A stretch of DNA of 64,000 bases, from NCBI GenBank assembly GCA_963706575.1, contig CAVPNL010000015.1, positions 320,001 to 384,000 on the forward strand, given 5' to 3'. Origin of the DNA: an uncultured delta proteobacterium (GTDB taxonomy: Bacteria > Desulfobacterota > Desulfobacteria > Desulfobacterales > JAHEIW01). The notes beneath the pieces were generated by a model. That model made no database searches. It saw only the letters and a program-made list of their open reading frames with translations, and was not told the origin of the DNA. Positions 10,172 to 18,750 of this stretch are shown piece by piece (positions within the stretch are counted from its first letter, which is position 1; each line of letters opens with the position of its first letter). A program made the translations under genes and the position numbers.

Positions 10172-10241
10172 TCTCACGCAAAGCCGCTAAGCCGCAAAGC
10201 GTGATGATTTAATCATAAAAACTTTGCGCATTTGCGTGAGA
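10172..10241. repeat. CTCACGCAAAG.../CTTTGCG...GTGAG inverted-repeat family
   Basis: Terminal TCTCACGCAAA/TTTGCGTGAGA; relatives at ~39872-39992 and 62473-62569. Confidence 0.6.
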
Positions 10242-10270
10242 TTTCATAATTTTGCTACTCACTCATACGT

Positions 10271-10474
10271 TTAAACCAGGTTTTTGGCTACCAGCCGGGA
10301 AAAATGTTCAAACGATCGGTCATAAGTGCGCTCGCGGTCATTGGGAAAGCAGCAGGCGGGCAGCTCACGGCTGGACAGATGATAACTCAGGCAATCGCAG
10401 CAATTCCCTTTCCGCGGGCAGGGTTCGTAACTGCAATTGCAATTTTTAAGATTCTGCTCGGTTTTGCATTCCAT
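10271..10474 (-). CDS. Cys-rich small protein (DUF6485-like)
   Basis: MECK...CNCSYEPCPRKGNCCDCLSYH...LPACCF...YDRSFEHF; AAGGAG RBS. Confidence 0.8.
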   Translation of the reverse strand: MECKTEQNLKNCNCSYEPCPRKGNCCDCLSYHLSSRELPACCFPNDRERTYDRSFEHFSRLVAKNLV

Positions 10475-10500
10475 CGAGATCTCCTTCTTCAATACCGGAT

Positions 10501-10845
10501 TCACATATAATTGTTTTTAATCACCGCCTCCAGGGGTCTTAGTTTTATGGATTCCTGGGGATCGGACTCGAAGTAAAGAATATATTCTTTATATATGCCG
10601 CCCAATAAGATGTCGATCCTGCGGGTTCGTTTGATAAATATCCCATTTTTATCATAGACGATATCGCCTTTATCGTCTTTGACAATCGAAATGGCAAATA
10701 AATCCTGTTTGCCCACTTTTACCGTAAATCGGTCGCCCACTTTGAAACCGCTATCATTTAACTGATTTTTATGAATAAATATTCCTTTGCGATCGGAATC
10801 GTAATTCGCAACGGGCAAATCAGAAACGTCTTTTTTTGATATCAT
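10501..10845 (-). CDS. Hypothetical protein, possible tandem AbrB/SymE-like swapped-hairpin repeats
   Basis: Start re-called at 10845 (GGAAGGA RBS; avoids overlap with the + strand gene); internal repeat YDSDRKGIFI / YDKNGIFI; GFKVGDRFTV. Confidence 0.6.
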   Translation of the reverse strand: MISKKDVSDLPVANYDSDRKGIFIHKNQLNDSGFKVGDRFTVKVGKQDLFAISIVKDDKGDIVYDKNGIFIKRTRRIDILLGGIYKEYILYFESDPQESIKLRPLEAVIKNNYM

Positions 10846-10978
10846 TGAATCCTTCCTTCCGCACAACCGCAACTTATCTGCCCATATCATGAACCGGCTG
10901 CATATTCCATTGCAAAATCTCCGAATCTGAGTCCAACTAAATTTGACAGGCCAACGGCGATCCTTTACAATTTTAGAC

Positions 10979-12460
10979 ATGATCGTCCACAAATCTAAAG
11001 TATTCTGGATTGCCGGCAGCATTTTTGCTCTGACATTTGCCGTTCTGTTCATCATCCGCCTGGGGATATTGGAGACACTCTTATTCCGCCCGCGCACCCT
11101 GTCCCTGGAATCGATCAATACCGTCGCTGAACGTGATACCTGGATGAACATTTTCCAAAATGAACGTAAAATCGGTTTCTCCCATACCCGATTTTATGAA
11201 GATACGACCGGTTACCGCCTGACCGAGGCAGTTCAAATGCGCATCAACACGATGGGGATGATTCAGGATATCAGCCTCAACACCAACAGCCGGCTCAATC
11301 CGGATTTTACGCTCAAGGAACTGGATTTTGAAATCAGTTCAGGCCGATTTCGCTTTTCGGTCCGGGGTTCTGTTGATGGAAATAAGCTGCAGGTGACGAC
11401 CGAAAGCGCCGGTTCGAGCCGTCAATTTGAAATCCCGGTTCAAGGAAAGACTTACCTGATCAACAGCATTATGGGTGCCATGACCACCACCGATCTGAGG
11501 CCAGGTGACAAATATGTTTTTAATATTTTCGATCCGGCTTCGATGGGCCAGGCTGAGGTCATTACGGAAGTTATCGGCCGGGAGTTCATTGATATCGGAG
11601 AGCTAAACCAGCCGGCCACCAAAGTCTCTTTGAATTTTAAAGGGGTATCGCAGATGGCCTGGATTGGAAAAGACGGGGACATTATTAAGGAAAAAGGGTT
11701 GTTGGGGATCAATTTGATAAAAACGGACCGTGAAGATGCCCTTGACGGGCTATCCATTGAATCCAGCCAGGATCTTACAAAAATTGCTTCGGTGGCTGCC
11801 AATGTCACACTTGACAAGGTTGAAGCGCTTAACGTGTTGAAGGTTAAAATCCAGGGAATCCCGTTTGAAAAACTGCAGCTCCAGGGCGGCCGGCAAACGT
11901 TTAATGGGCAAGTTTTGACCGTTAAAAAAGAAACTCTGACAAATCTGGCCTCAGAACTTCAGACCGAAAATCTGGCAGCATTGGAAAAAATATTTTTAAA
12001 GCCCGATCCGTTTATTCAATCCGACAATCAAAGGATCCGGGACCAGGCCCGTGAAATTTTAAAAGACGCGCCGGATGCCCCCCCGCTAGCCCGGGCCAAA
12101 ATGCTGCTGGATTGGGTGCATACCCATATTAAAAAACGCCCGGTCCTATCGCTGCCCGATGCGCTTTCAACCCTTGAAAATCGTGTGGGCGATTGTAATG
12201 AACATGCCGTATTGCTGGCCGCACTGGCACGGGCAGCCGGAATTCCCACGCGCATTGAAGCCGGGCTGGTGTATTTAAAGGGTCGCTTTTACTATCATGC
12301 CTGGAATCTTATGTACCTGGGGCAATGGATCACCGCTGACTCCCTTTTCGGGCAGCTGCCGGCCGATGTCAGCCATCTGCGCTTTGCAACCGGTTCCCCC
12401 GAACAGCAGCTGGACATCCTGAGTATCATCGGCAAAATCCAGCTGGCGGTAATAGAATAG
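10979..12460 (+). CDS. Membrane-anchored transglutaminase-like domain protein
   Basis: N-terminal TM; catalytic-type GDCNEHA, LARAAGIP.R, YHAW, W...D. Confidence 0.88.
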   Translation: MIVHKSKVFWIAGSIFALTFAVLFIIRLGILETLLFRPRTLSLESINTVAERDTWMNIFQNERKIGFSHTRFYEDTTGYRLTEAVQMRINTMGMIQDISLNTNSRLNPDFTLKELDFEISSGRFRFSVRGSVDGNKLQVTTESAGSSRQFEIPVQGKTYLINSIMGAMTTTDLRPGDKYVFNIFDPASMGQAEVITEVIGREFIDIGELNQPATKVSLNFKGVSQMAWIGKDGDIIKEKGLLGINLIKTDREDALDGLSIESSQDLTKIASVAANVTLDKVEALNVLKVKIQGIPFEKLQLQGGRQTFNGQVLTVKKETLTNLASELQTENLAALEKIFLKPDPFIQSDNQRIRDQAREILKDAPDAPPLARAKMLLDWVHTHIKKRPVLSLPDALSTLENRVGDCNEHAVLLAALARAAGIPTRIEAGLVYLKGRFYYHAWNLMYLGQWITADSLFGQLPADVSHLRFATGSPEQQLDILSIIGKIQLAVIE

Positions 12461-12599
12461 CCTGTTGCCGACTTCTTTTGCTTTTCAATAATTTTGGGCA
12501 GGCGGGACCGAAGTATGATATAATCCAAAAAAGTGCCTAAAATGCCTAAAATTGGAAGTGCCTAAAATTAAGGCATTCTGTCGATTTTAAATTTAGCTC

Positions 12600-13328
12600 A
12601 TGATCGAACTAACAGACCTGACAAAAAAATACGGTGAGTTCCAGGCGGTGAATGACCTGAACCTTTGTGTTAAAAAAGGAGAGGTTTTTGGATTTATCGG
12701 CCCCAACGGCGCCGGCAAAACCACCACCATTAAAATGATGGGCGGCATTCTCGAGCCGACCAAAGGTTTGGTGAAAATTGCCGGCATTAACATGCGGGAA
12801 GAGCCTGAAAAAGCCAAAAGTAAAATCGGTTTTATTCCCGACCGGCCCTATCTGTACGAAAAACTCACCGGCATGGAATTTTTAAGATTCACCGGGGATT
12901 TGTACGGGGTATCCGAAGACGCATTTGAGGCAAGCGCTTTTAAAATCCTCAAAGATTTTTCGCTGGCGGACTGGGCCGATGAGCTGGTTGAATCCTATTC
13001 CCACGGTATGAAACAACGGCTGATTATGTCGGCAGCCCTCCTGCACGATCCGGAAGTGATTATCGTAGATGAGCCCATGGTGGGACTCGATCCGGCAGCC
13101 ATTATGATGGTTAAAAAACTTTTTAGAGAGCTTGCCGAACAGGGCGTCACCGTCTTTATGTCTACCCATACCCTCAAAGTAGCTGAGGAAACCTGCGATC
13201 GGATCGGGGTGATTAATAAAGGCCGTTTAATCGCCATGGGAACAACCAAAGAATTGCAGCGGGAGGCCAACATCACCGAAGCCGACCTCGAACGGGTCTT
13301 TTTAAACCTGACCAACAATGTTTCCTGA
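12600..13328 (+). CDS. ABC transporter ATP-binding protein
   Basis: GPNGAGKTT, YSHGMKQR, IIVDEPMVGLDP, STHTL. Confidence 0.95.
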   Translation: MIELTDLTKKYGEFQAVNDLNLCVKKGEVFGFIGPNGAGKTTTIKMMGGILEPTKGLVKIAGINMREEPEKAKSKIGFIPDRPYLYEKLTGMEFLRFTGDLYGVSEDAFEASAFKILKDFSLADWADELVESYSHGMKQRLIMSAALLHDPEVIIVDEPMVGLDPAAIMMVKKLFRELAEQGVTVFMSTHTLKVAEETCDRIGVINKGRLIAMGTTKELQREANITEADLERVFLNLTNNVS

Positions 13329-13441
13329 AATTAGTAGTTACGGGACACCGGTCGCTGGCCACTGGCTGCCGGCCGAGCCAGAGACAAGCAGCCCGGAAGG
13401 CGTGACCAGAAGCCAGAAACCAGCGGCAAGCAGCGAGTAAA

Positions 13442-15130
13442 ATGAGCGAAGTTCTGACCCTATTAAAACCTCGAATCTGGCATGTTAGAAACCGCGGTTC
13501 TTCAAAAGCCAACGGCAGACGCGGTGCACGCCTTCTTTTGCTCGGTTCATTCGGCTTGCTTTTCTGGTGCGGTATATTTGCTGTTTCCTGGCGGGTTCTC
13601 GTTTATTTTAAAGGCATTGAAGATATCGGTGATATTCTGGGCTATAAACTGCTGTCCATGATGCTGGTCGTGTCTTTCGCCCTGCTACTTTTCAGCAACA
13701 TTCTCACATCCCTTTCCAAACTGTACCTGTCCCGCGATCTTTTACTGGTTCATTCCCTGCCGGTTTCCAGTTACAAGATTTTTATCGCGCGCTGGATCGA
13801 CAGCACCATCGAAAGTGCCTGGATGGTCATCATCTACACCCTGCCGGTCCTTATATCCTATGGTATCGTCTATCAAACCGGTATCTTTTACTATGTCAAC
13901 ACCATGATTTCGATGCTGTGCCTGGCGGCCATCGCTTCAGCCATCAGTACCCTGCTGGTGATGACGGCGGTTATCTTTATCCCCGCCAGCCGGATGAAAA
14001 GTGTATTTATTTTCATGGGAATTCTTTCTTTTGTGGTGATCTATCTGGCCATTCGTCTTTCACAGCCGGAATTGCTGGTGGATCCGGAAGTTTTTGACAC
14101 TGTTATGGTGTATATCACCTCGCTGCAAACACCTTCATCACCATTTCTGCCGAGCAGCTGGGCATACGACGGCATCCGATCCGCGCTTTCGGGCTCGATC
14201 AGCAGCAGTTTGTTTTTCACGGCACTGGCTTTGAGTTTTACGGGAATGATCGTATTTGCCCTGGTCTTACTTGCAGACGCGATCTACTTTAAAGGATTTT
14301 CAAAAACCCAAAATGCCCCGGCCCGCCTGTTCAAAAAAAATGTCATCGGTGACCGGATCTTCAACTTCCTGCCGGGCCCGATAAAGTCCTTTACCGTCAA
14401 AGAGATAAAAACGTTCCTGCGCGATCAAACCCAGTGGACTCAAATCTTTCTGATTGCCGCCCTGGTTGTGATTTACGTTTATAATTTCAAGGTCCTGCCC
14501 CTTGAAAAATCGCCGATCAAAACCGTGTACCTTCAGAATTTATTCTCATTTTTGAACATGGGCCTGGCGTTGTTCGTCCTGACCGCCGTCACCGCCCGTT
14601 TTGCCTACCCGGCGGTCAGTATGGAAAGAGAGGCCTTCTGGTTGGTCAAAACCTCGCCAATGTCCATCAGAACGTTTTTATGGATCAAATTTTTTATCTA
14701 CTATTTTCCGCTGCTGATTTTAACCGAGGTTCTGATCGTTGCAACCAACATCCTGCTTCAAGTCACCCCCTTTATGATGACCCTGTCAACGCTAACGGTT
14801 TTTTTTACGGTCCCCGGTATCGTGGCCATGGGCGTCGGCCTGGGAGCTGCCTACCCGGATTTCAAAGCCGAAAATCCGACCCAGACGATAACCAGCTTCG
14901 GCGGATTGGTCTTTATGATCTTCTGCGCCGGATACATCGGCCTGGTCGTGCTCATCGAGGCCGGTCCGGTTTACAATCTTTTTATGGCCGGCATCCGCAA
15001 CAAAGTCATCAGCCCTTCCGCCTGGATCTGGATTCTCGGCTCATTTATCCTGGTACTGATTCTCAGTGTACTGGCGATATCCCTGCCGATGCGATTTGGT
15101 GAACGGCGCCTATCCGCATTGCGAATCTGA
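13442..15130 (+). CDS. Putative ABC exporter permease (large multi-TM)
   Basis: About 12-14 TM segments; SRDLLLVHSLP, KEIKTFLRD, SMEREAFW..KTSP. Confidence 0.85.
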   Translation: MSEVLTLLKPRIWHVRNRGSSKANGRRGARLLLLGSFGLLFWCGIFAVSWRVLVYFKGIEDIGDILGYKLLSMMLVVSFALLLFSNILTSLSKLYLSRDLLLVHSLPVSSYKIFIARWIDSTIESAWMVIIYTLPVLISYGIVYQTGIFYYVNTMISMLCLAAIASAISTLLVMTAVIFIPASRMKSVFIFMGILSFVVIYLAIRLSQPELLVDPEVFDTVMVYITSLQTPSSPFLPSSWAYDGIRSALSGSISSSLFFTALALSFTGMIVFALVLLADAIYFKGFSKTQNAPARLFKKNVIGDRIFNFLPGPIKSFTVKEIKTFLRDQTQWTQIFLIAALVVIYVYNFKVLPLEKSPIKTVYLQNLFSFLNMGLALFVLTAVTARFAYPAVSMEREAFWLVKTSPMSIRTFLWIKFFIYYFPLLILTEVLIVATNILLQVTPFMMTLSTLTVFFTVPGIVAMGVGLGAAYPDFKAENPTQTITSFGGLVFMIFCAGYIGLVVLIEAGPVYNLFMAGIRNKVISPSAWIWILGSFILVLILSVLAISLPMRFGERRLSALRI

Positions 15131-15179
15131 GCCCTTTCAATCTTCCAATCTTGCGAAACTCCTTATTCAATTTTTCATC

Positions 15180-15226
15180 TTGACATGTAGAATGTTTACA
15201 TTTATATTTACATTAATATTTACATT
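15180..15226 (+). promoter_or_regulatory. Sigma70 promoter of the lexA cassette overlapped by three direct repeats (candidate operator)
   Basis: TTGACA (15180-85)-N17-TATATT (15203-08); TTTACATT at 15195, 15207 and 15219. Confidence 0.75.
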
Positions 15227-15446
15227 CTTATCAGGAAAGGTGTTCAGCCGGGGGCAGATTCAGGTGCCAGCCAGCTGGCAAATGTTATATTTGTTTAATT
15301 GGTTTAATTCGTTCAATTGGTTCGGTTTAAGCCAACCCATTCAACCAATAAGACCAATTGAACCAATTGAACAGGCCTTTGAACCCTGAACGTTTGAATT
15401 GCTGAACCTTGAACCTTAGAACCTGCAACCTTGTATCGGAGGTCCC

Positions 15447-16079
15447 ATGCAACCCCAGCCGACACCGAAACAGCAGCGTTTTCTGGATTATCTCCAGCGG
15501 GAGATCGCCAAAAGCGGTCTGTGTCCCAGCCTGCGCCAGGCCGCAGCGGATCTGGGGGTCAGCCATGCCGCCATCGCCCAGATGCTTCGTGTGCTGGAAG
15601 AAAAGGGCTATGTGAGACGGGAGGGCCGCTACAGTCGCAAGGTCTACCTGTTAAACCGCGCTCGCGAGGCATCGGCTTTGCAGCGCGGGCGCGAAATCCC
15701 GATTATCGGTCGGGTCACGGCCGGCCTGCCGATGTATGCCCAGACGGAGTGGGACGGCAGCATCGTGCTGGACGCCGCCGTTTACCGCAGTCAAAATATT
15801 TTTGCCCTGCGCGTTAAAGGCGATTCGATGAAGGATGCCGGCATCCTCAGTGGCGATCTGGCAATCTGCAAACCACGCCAGTTCGCCCAGAACAGCGAAA
15901 TCGTCGTGGCGCTTATCAACAGCGAAGAGGCCACCGTCAAACGCTTCTTTTTACATGACGATCACATTGAGCTGCGTCCCGAAAACACCGACTACGCCCC
16001 CATGCGCTACGGCTTCGACGAAGTGCTGATCCAGGGCAAGGTTATCGGCATCCACCGCGGACCGGAGGGAATAAAATGA
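15447..16079 (+). CDS. lexA: LexA-family repressor (cassette-associated)
   Basis: wHTH PSLRQAAADLGVS; Ala-Gly site VTAGLP; Ser in GDSM; Lys in ATVKRF; IQGKVIG. Confidence 0.93.
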   Translation: MQPQPTPKQQRFLDYLQREIAKSGLCPSLRQAAADLGVSHAAIAQMLRVLEEKGYVRREGRYSRKVYLLNRAREASALQRGREIPIIGRVTAGLPMYAQTEWDGSIVLDAAVYRSQNIFALRVKGDSMKDAGILSGDLAICKPRQFAQNSEIVVALINSEEATVKRFFLHDDHIELRPENTDYAPMRYGFDEVLIQGKVIGIHRGPEGIK

Positions 16080-16275
16080 GCACGCTGCGCGTTTGAGGAC
16101 CGGCCCTGCGGGCCTCGAGGAGCGGTCCTTCAGACCTTTAGGAGCGCTTCGCTTTAGGCAGTAAAAAAATGCCTCAAGTCCCGCCGAAAGCGGGACGCTC
16201 CTCAAACGGAGCGCATCGAATGCGCGGAGTGCTCCTCTAGTTCCGCCGAACACGGGCGGAATGATCCTCCAACAG
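16080..16275. repeat. Composite GAGGAG/CTCCTC-hairpin element, copy 1
   Basis: Alignable to 18575-18745; shared GCCCTGCGGGC, AAACGGAGCG and GCGCGGAGTGCTCCTCTAGTTCCGCC. Confidence 0.8.
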
Positions 16276-16328
16276 GGCGTGATGACATTGCGCAGGCGTC
16301 GCAACACCCTTTGACGTCGAAAACAAAA

Positions 16329-17153
16329 ATGCAAACCGAACAAAGAAAAAGCCCCTGCCGCCTGCGGGTCGGCACCAGCGGCTATTCGTATGCAGAGTGG
16401 GTCAACGCCGGGTTTTACCCGTCGGGCACCCGGTCCGGCCAGATGCTGCCGCTTTACGCGCAAACGTTTCCCATCACCGAACTGAACTTCACCTGGTACC
16501 AGATGCCGAAAGCGGCCGCGATCGAACGCCTGCGCCAGCAGGCACCGCTCGGTTTTCGCTTTGCCGCCAAACTGACCCGCACCTTAACCCATGAGGTCGA
16601 TCCCAACCAATGGCGCGGGCAGGTCTCCCGGTACCGCGACGGCATGGCACCGCTCACCCAGGCCCGGCAACTGACGGCCGTTCTGCTGCAGTTTCCGCCG
16701 AGCTTTTCCCGGGCGCCGAAAAACCGCTACTATCTGGCCGCCCTGCTGGATGAACTGGACGGATTGCCCCTGGCGGTGGAATTTCGCCATGCTTCCTGGG
16801 CCACCGACCGGGTTTTTGACGAACTGCAACGCCGTCGCACCACCCTGGTCGCCGTGGATGAACCGAATCTGCCGGGCCTGTTCCCGCAGCTGGATGTGGT
16901 CACCAATCCGGATCTTTTCTACGTTCGGTTTCACGGTCGCAACGCCCGAGGCTGGCGCTCGGGCAATATGCAAATGCAGTTCGACTACGACTACAGTAAT
17001 GAAGAGCTGCGGGGATGGGCCGATAAAATCATCGCCCCCATGACCCGGCAGGCCGGCAGCGGCGTTATTTTTTTCAACAATCACGTTCGCGCCCAGGCGC
17101 CTAGAAATGCCCGGCGTCTGATCAGTCAGCTCATCGAGAAGGGTTTGTTGTAA
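16329..17153 (+). CDS. DUF72 (YecE-like) TIM-barrel protein
   Basis: VGTSGYSY.EW, ELNFTWY, LLQFPPSF, AVEFRH.SW, YVRFHGRN, FFNNH; upstream TTG start at 16311 also possible. Confidence 0.92.
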   Translation: MQTEQRKSPCRLRVGTSGYSYAEWVNAGFYPSGTRSGQMLPLYAQTFPITELNFTWYQMPKAAAIERLRQQAPLGFRFAAKLTRTLTHEVDPNQWRGQVSRYRDGMAPLTQARQLTAVLLQFPPSFSRAPKNRYYLAALLDELDGLPLAVEFRHASWATDRVFDELQRRRTTLVAVDEPNLPGLFPQLDVVTNPDLFYVRFHGRNARGWRSGNMQMQFDYDYSNEELRGWADKIIAPMTRQAGSGVIFFNNHVRAQAPRNARRLISQLIEKGLL

Positions 17154-17198
17154 CCGAAACAGATTTTCAACATCGACAATCGCTCAACTTTAGGAGTG

Positions 17199-17325
17199 AG
17201 TGCCTAAAATGCCTAAAATGAGCTAAAGTGCCTAAAGTTATGGTGTCGCTTCGCTCCATCTTTTCTTATAAAATTGACAGAATTCCTTAATTTTAGGCAT
17301 TTTAGGCACTTCACACTTTAGGCAT
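17199..17325. repeat. Palindromic repeat family B
   Basis: GTGCCTAAAATGCCTAAA...ATTGACAGAATTCC...TTTAGGCATTTTAGGCAC; inverted homolog of 4762-4884. Confidence 0.7.
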
Positions 17326-17398
17326 TTGCTCAAGCAAACGGGCTGATTTTAGAAACCTCGATCCACACGTTGACGACTTCGTCACTTGAAAGCAAACA

Positions 17399-18571
17399 AT
17401 GAACCGTTCCATTATCCATTTAAATGTAGCCGATTTTGCCGTGGCGGTGGAGCGCGCGGTGGATCAGCGGCTCGATCAGCGCCCGGTGATCATCGCACCC
17501 GAAGGCGCCGCCCGGGCCGCTGTTTACGATATGAGCAACGAGGCTTACCTGGCCGGTATCCGCAAGGGCATGGCCCTGCGCCGCGCTGTGCGCCTCTGCA
17601 AAGATGTCCAGATCCTGCCGCCCCATCCGGACCGCTATGAGCTGGCCATGCGCGATGTGCTCAAGCGCGCCCTACCGTATTCGCCCCTGATCGAAACCGG
17701 TGAAGACGACGGCCACCTGTTCATGGATGCCACCGGCACCTCCCGTCTTTTTGGCCCGCCCAGGGACGTAGCCTGGCGGTTGCGCAGGCAGATTAAAACC
17801 GATCTGGGCCTGGACCCGATCTGGTCGGTGGCGCCCAACAAGCTGGTTGCCAAAGTGGCCACGCGCCTGGTGAAGCCTGACGGGGAGTATATCGTCGCCC
17901 CCGGCCAAGAGGAAGCGCTGCTGGCCCCGCTGCCGGTCAGTCTGGTTCCGGGCATCGAGCACGCCGATCAGCTGCGGTTACGGGAATTTAACCTGACCCA
18001 TGCATTCCAGGTTTCGGCGCTGAGCCTGGAGCAGTTGGAGATCCCTTTTGCAACCCGTGCGCAACTGCTTTACGAAGCGGTACGCGGCATCGATCCGTCT
18101 GCGGTTTTGCCGGTCGGACAAAAGCCACCAAAGATCATTGCGGACCACGAATTCGGCAATGACACCAACGACGCCCACATCTTGGAAGCGGTTCTCTACG
18201 GCCTGGTGGAGCAGGCCGGCAGCCGGCTGCGCCGGCGCCGTCGCGCTGCGCGACGCATCGCTATGATCCTCGACTATTCCGACGGCATGCGCCGCGCCCG
18301 CCAGGTGGCCGCCCGACCGGCCACGGCCAATGATCTCATCCTCTTTGACCTGGCCCGCCGCACCCTCCGGCTGGCCTGGACGCGACGGGTGCGCATCCGG
18401 CACATGCGCCTGGTCTGCGACCGACTGATCTTTCCGCCGGCTCAGCTGGAACTGTTCGCCGCCGACCAAACCGCCAATGAAAAACGCTGCGGCCTGATCA
18501 CGGCCATCGACACCGTCCGCCATCGCTTCGGCAGTCAGGCGCTGCGGTTCGGCCGCACGCTGGCAGCGTAA
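17399..18571 (+). CDS. Y-family DNA polymerase homolog, probably catalytically inactive (ImuB-like)
   Basis: DinB-like layout (AGIRKGM, NKLVAKVA..VKPDG, VPGI); catalytic motifs degenerate (IHLNVADF; EDDGHLFMD); QLELF clamp motif; C-terminal AIDTVRHRFG. Confidence 0.88.
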   Translation: MNRSIIHLNVADFAVAVERAVDQRLDQRPVIIAPEGAARAAVYDMSNEAYLAGIRKGMALRRAVRLCKDVQILPPHPDRYELAMRDVLKRALPYSPLIETGEDDGHLFMDATGTSRLFGPPRDVAWRLRRQIKTDLGLDPIWSVAPNKLVAKVATRLVKPDGEYIVAPGQEEALLAPLPVSLVPGIEHADQLRLREFNLTHAFQVSALSLEQLEIPFATRAQLLYEAVRGIDPSAVLPVGQKPPKIIADHEFGNDTNDAHILEAVLYGLVEQAGSRLRRRRRAARRIAMILDYSDGMRRARQVAARPATANDLILFDLARRTLRLAWTRRVRIRHMRLVCDRLIFPPAQLELFAADQTANEKRCGLITAIDTVRHRFGSQALRFGRTLAA

Positions 18572-18574
18572 AAA

Positions 18575-18745
18575 GAGCGCTGCGCTTGAGGAGCAGCCCT
18601 GCGGGCTTTGAGGAGCGGCCTTGAAGCTGCAGACAAGAAGGGTTCTTTTGCCTCAAGCGAAGCGCTCCTTAAACGGAGCGTATCAGAGGCGCGGAGTGCT
18701 CCTCTAGTTCCGCCATCGGCGGAACGATTCTCCAACGGGAGCAAA
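18575..18745. repeat. Composite GAGGAG/CTCCTC-hairpin element, copy 2
   Basis: Homolog of 16080-16275. Confidence 0.8.
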
Positions 18746-18750
18746 GCGAC

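Noticed and set aside
10846..11151. N-terminal extension of ORF 10501..11151
   Set aside because: Overlaps the transglutaminase gene on the opposite strand; a good RBS precedes the ATG at 10845
16080..18745. CRISPR array suggested by repeated units in the SOS cassette gaps
   Set aside because: Conserved units are only ~8 nt, irregularly spaced and arranged as inverted arms; no cas genes in the window
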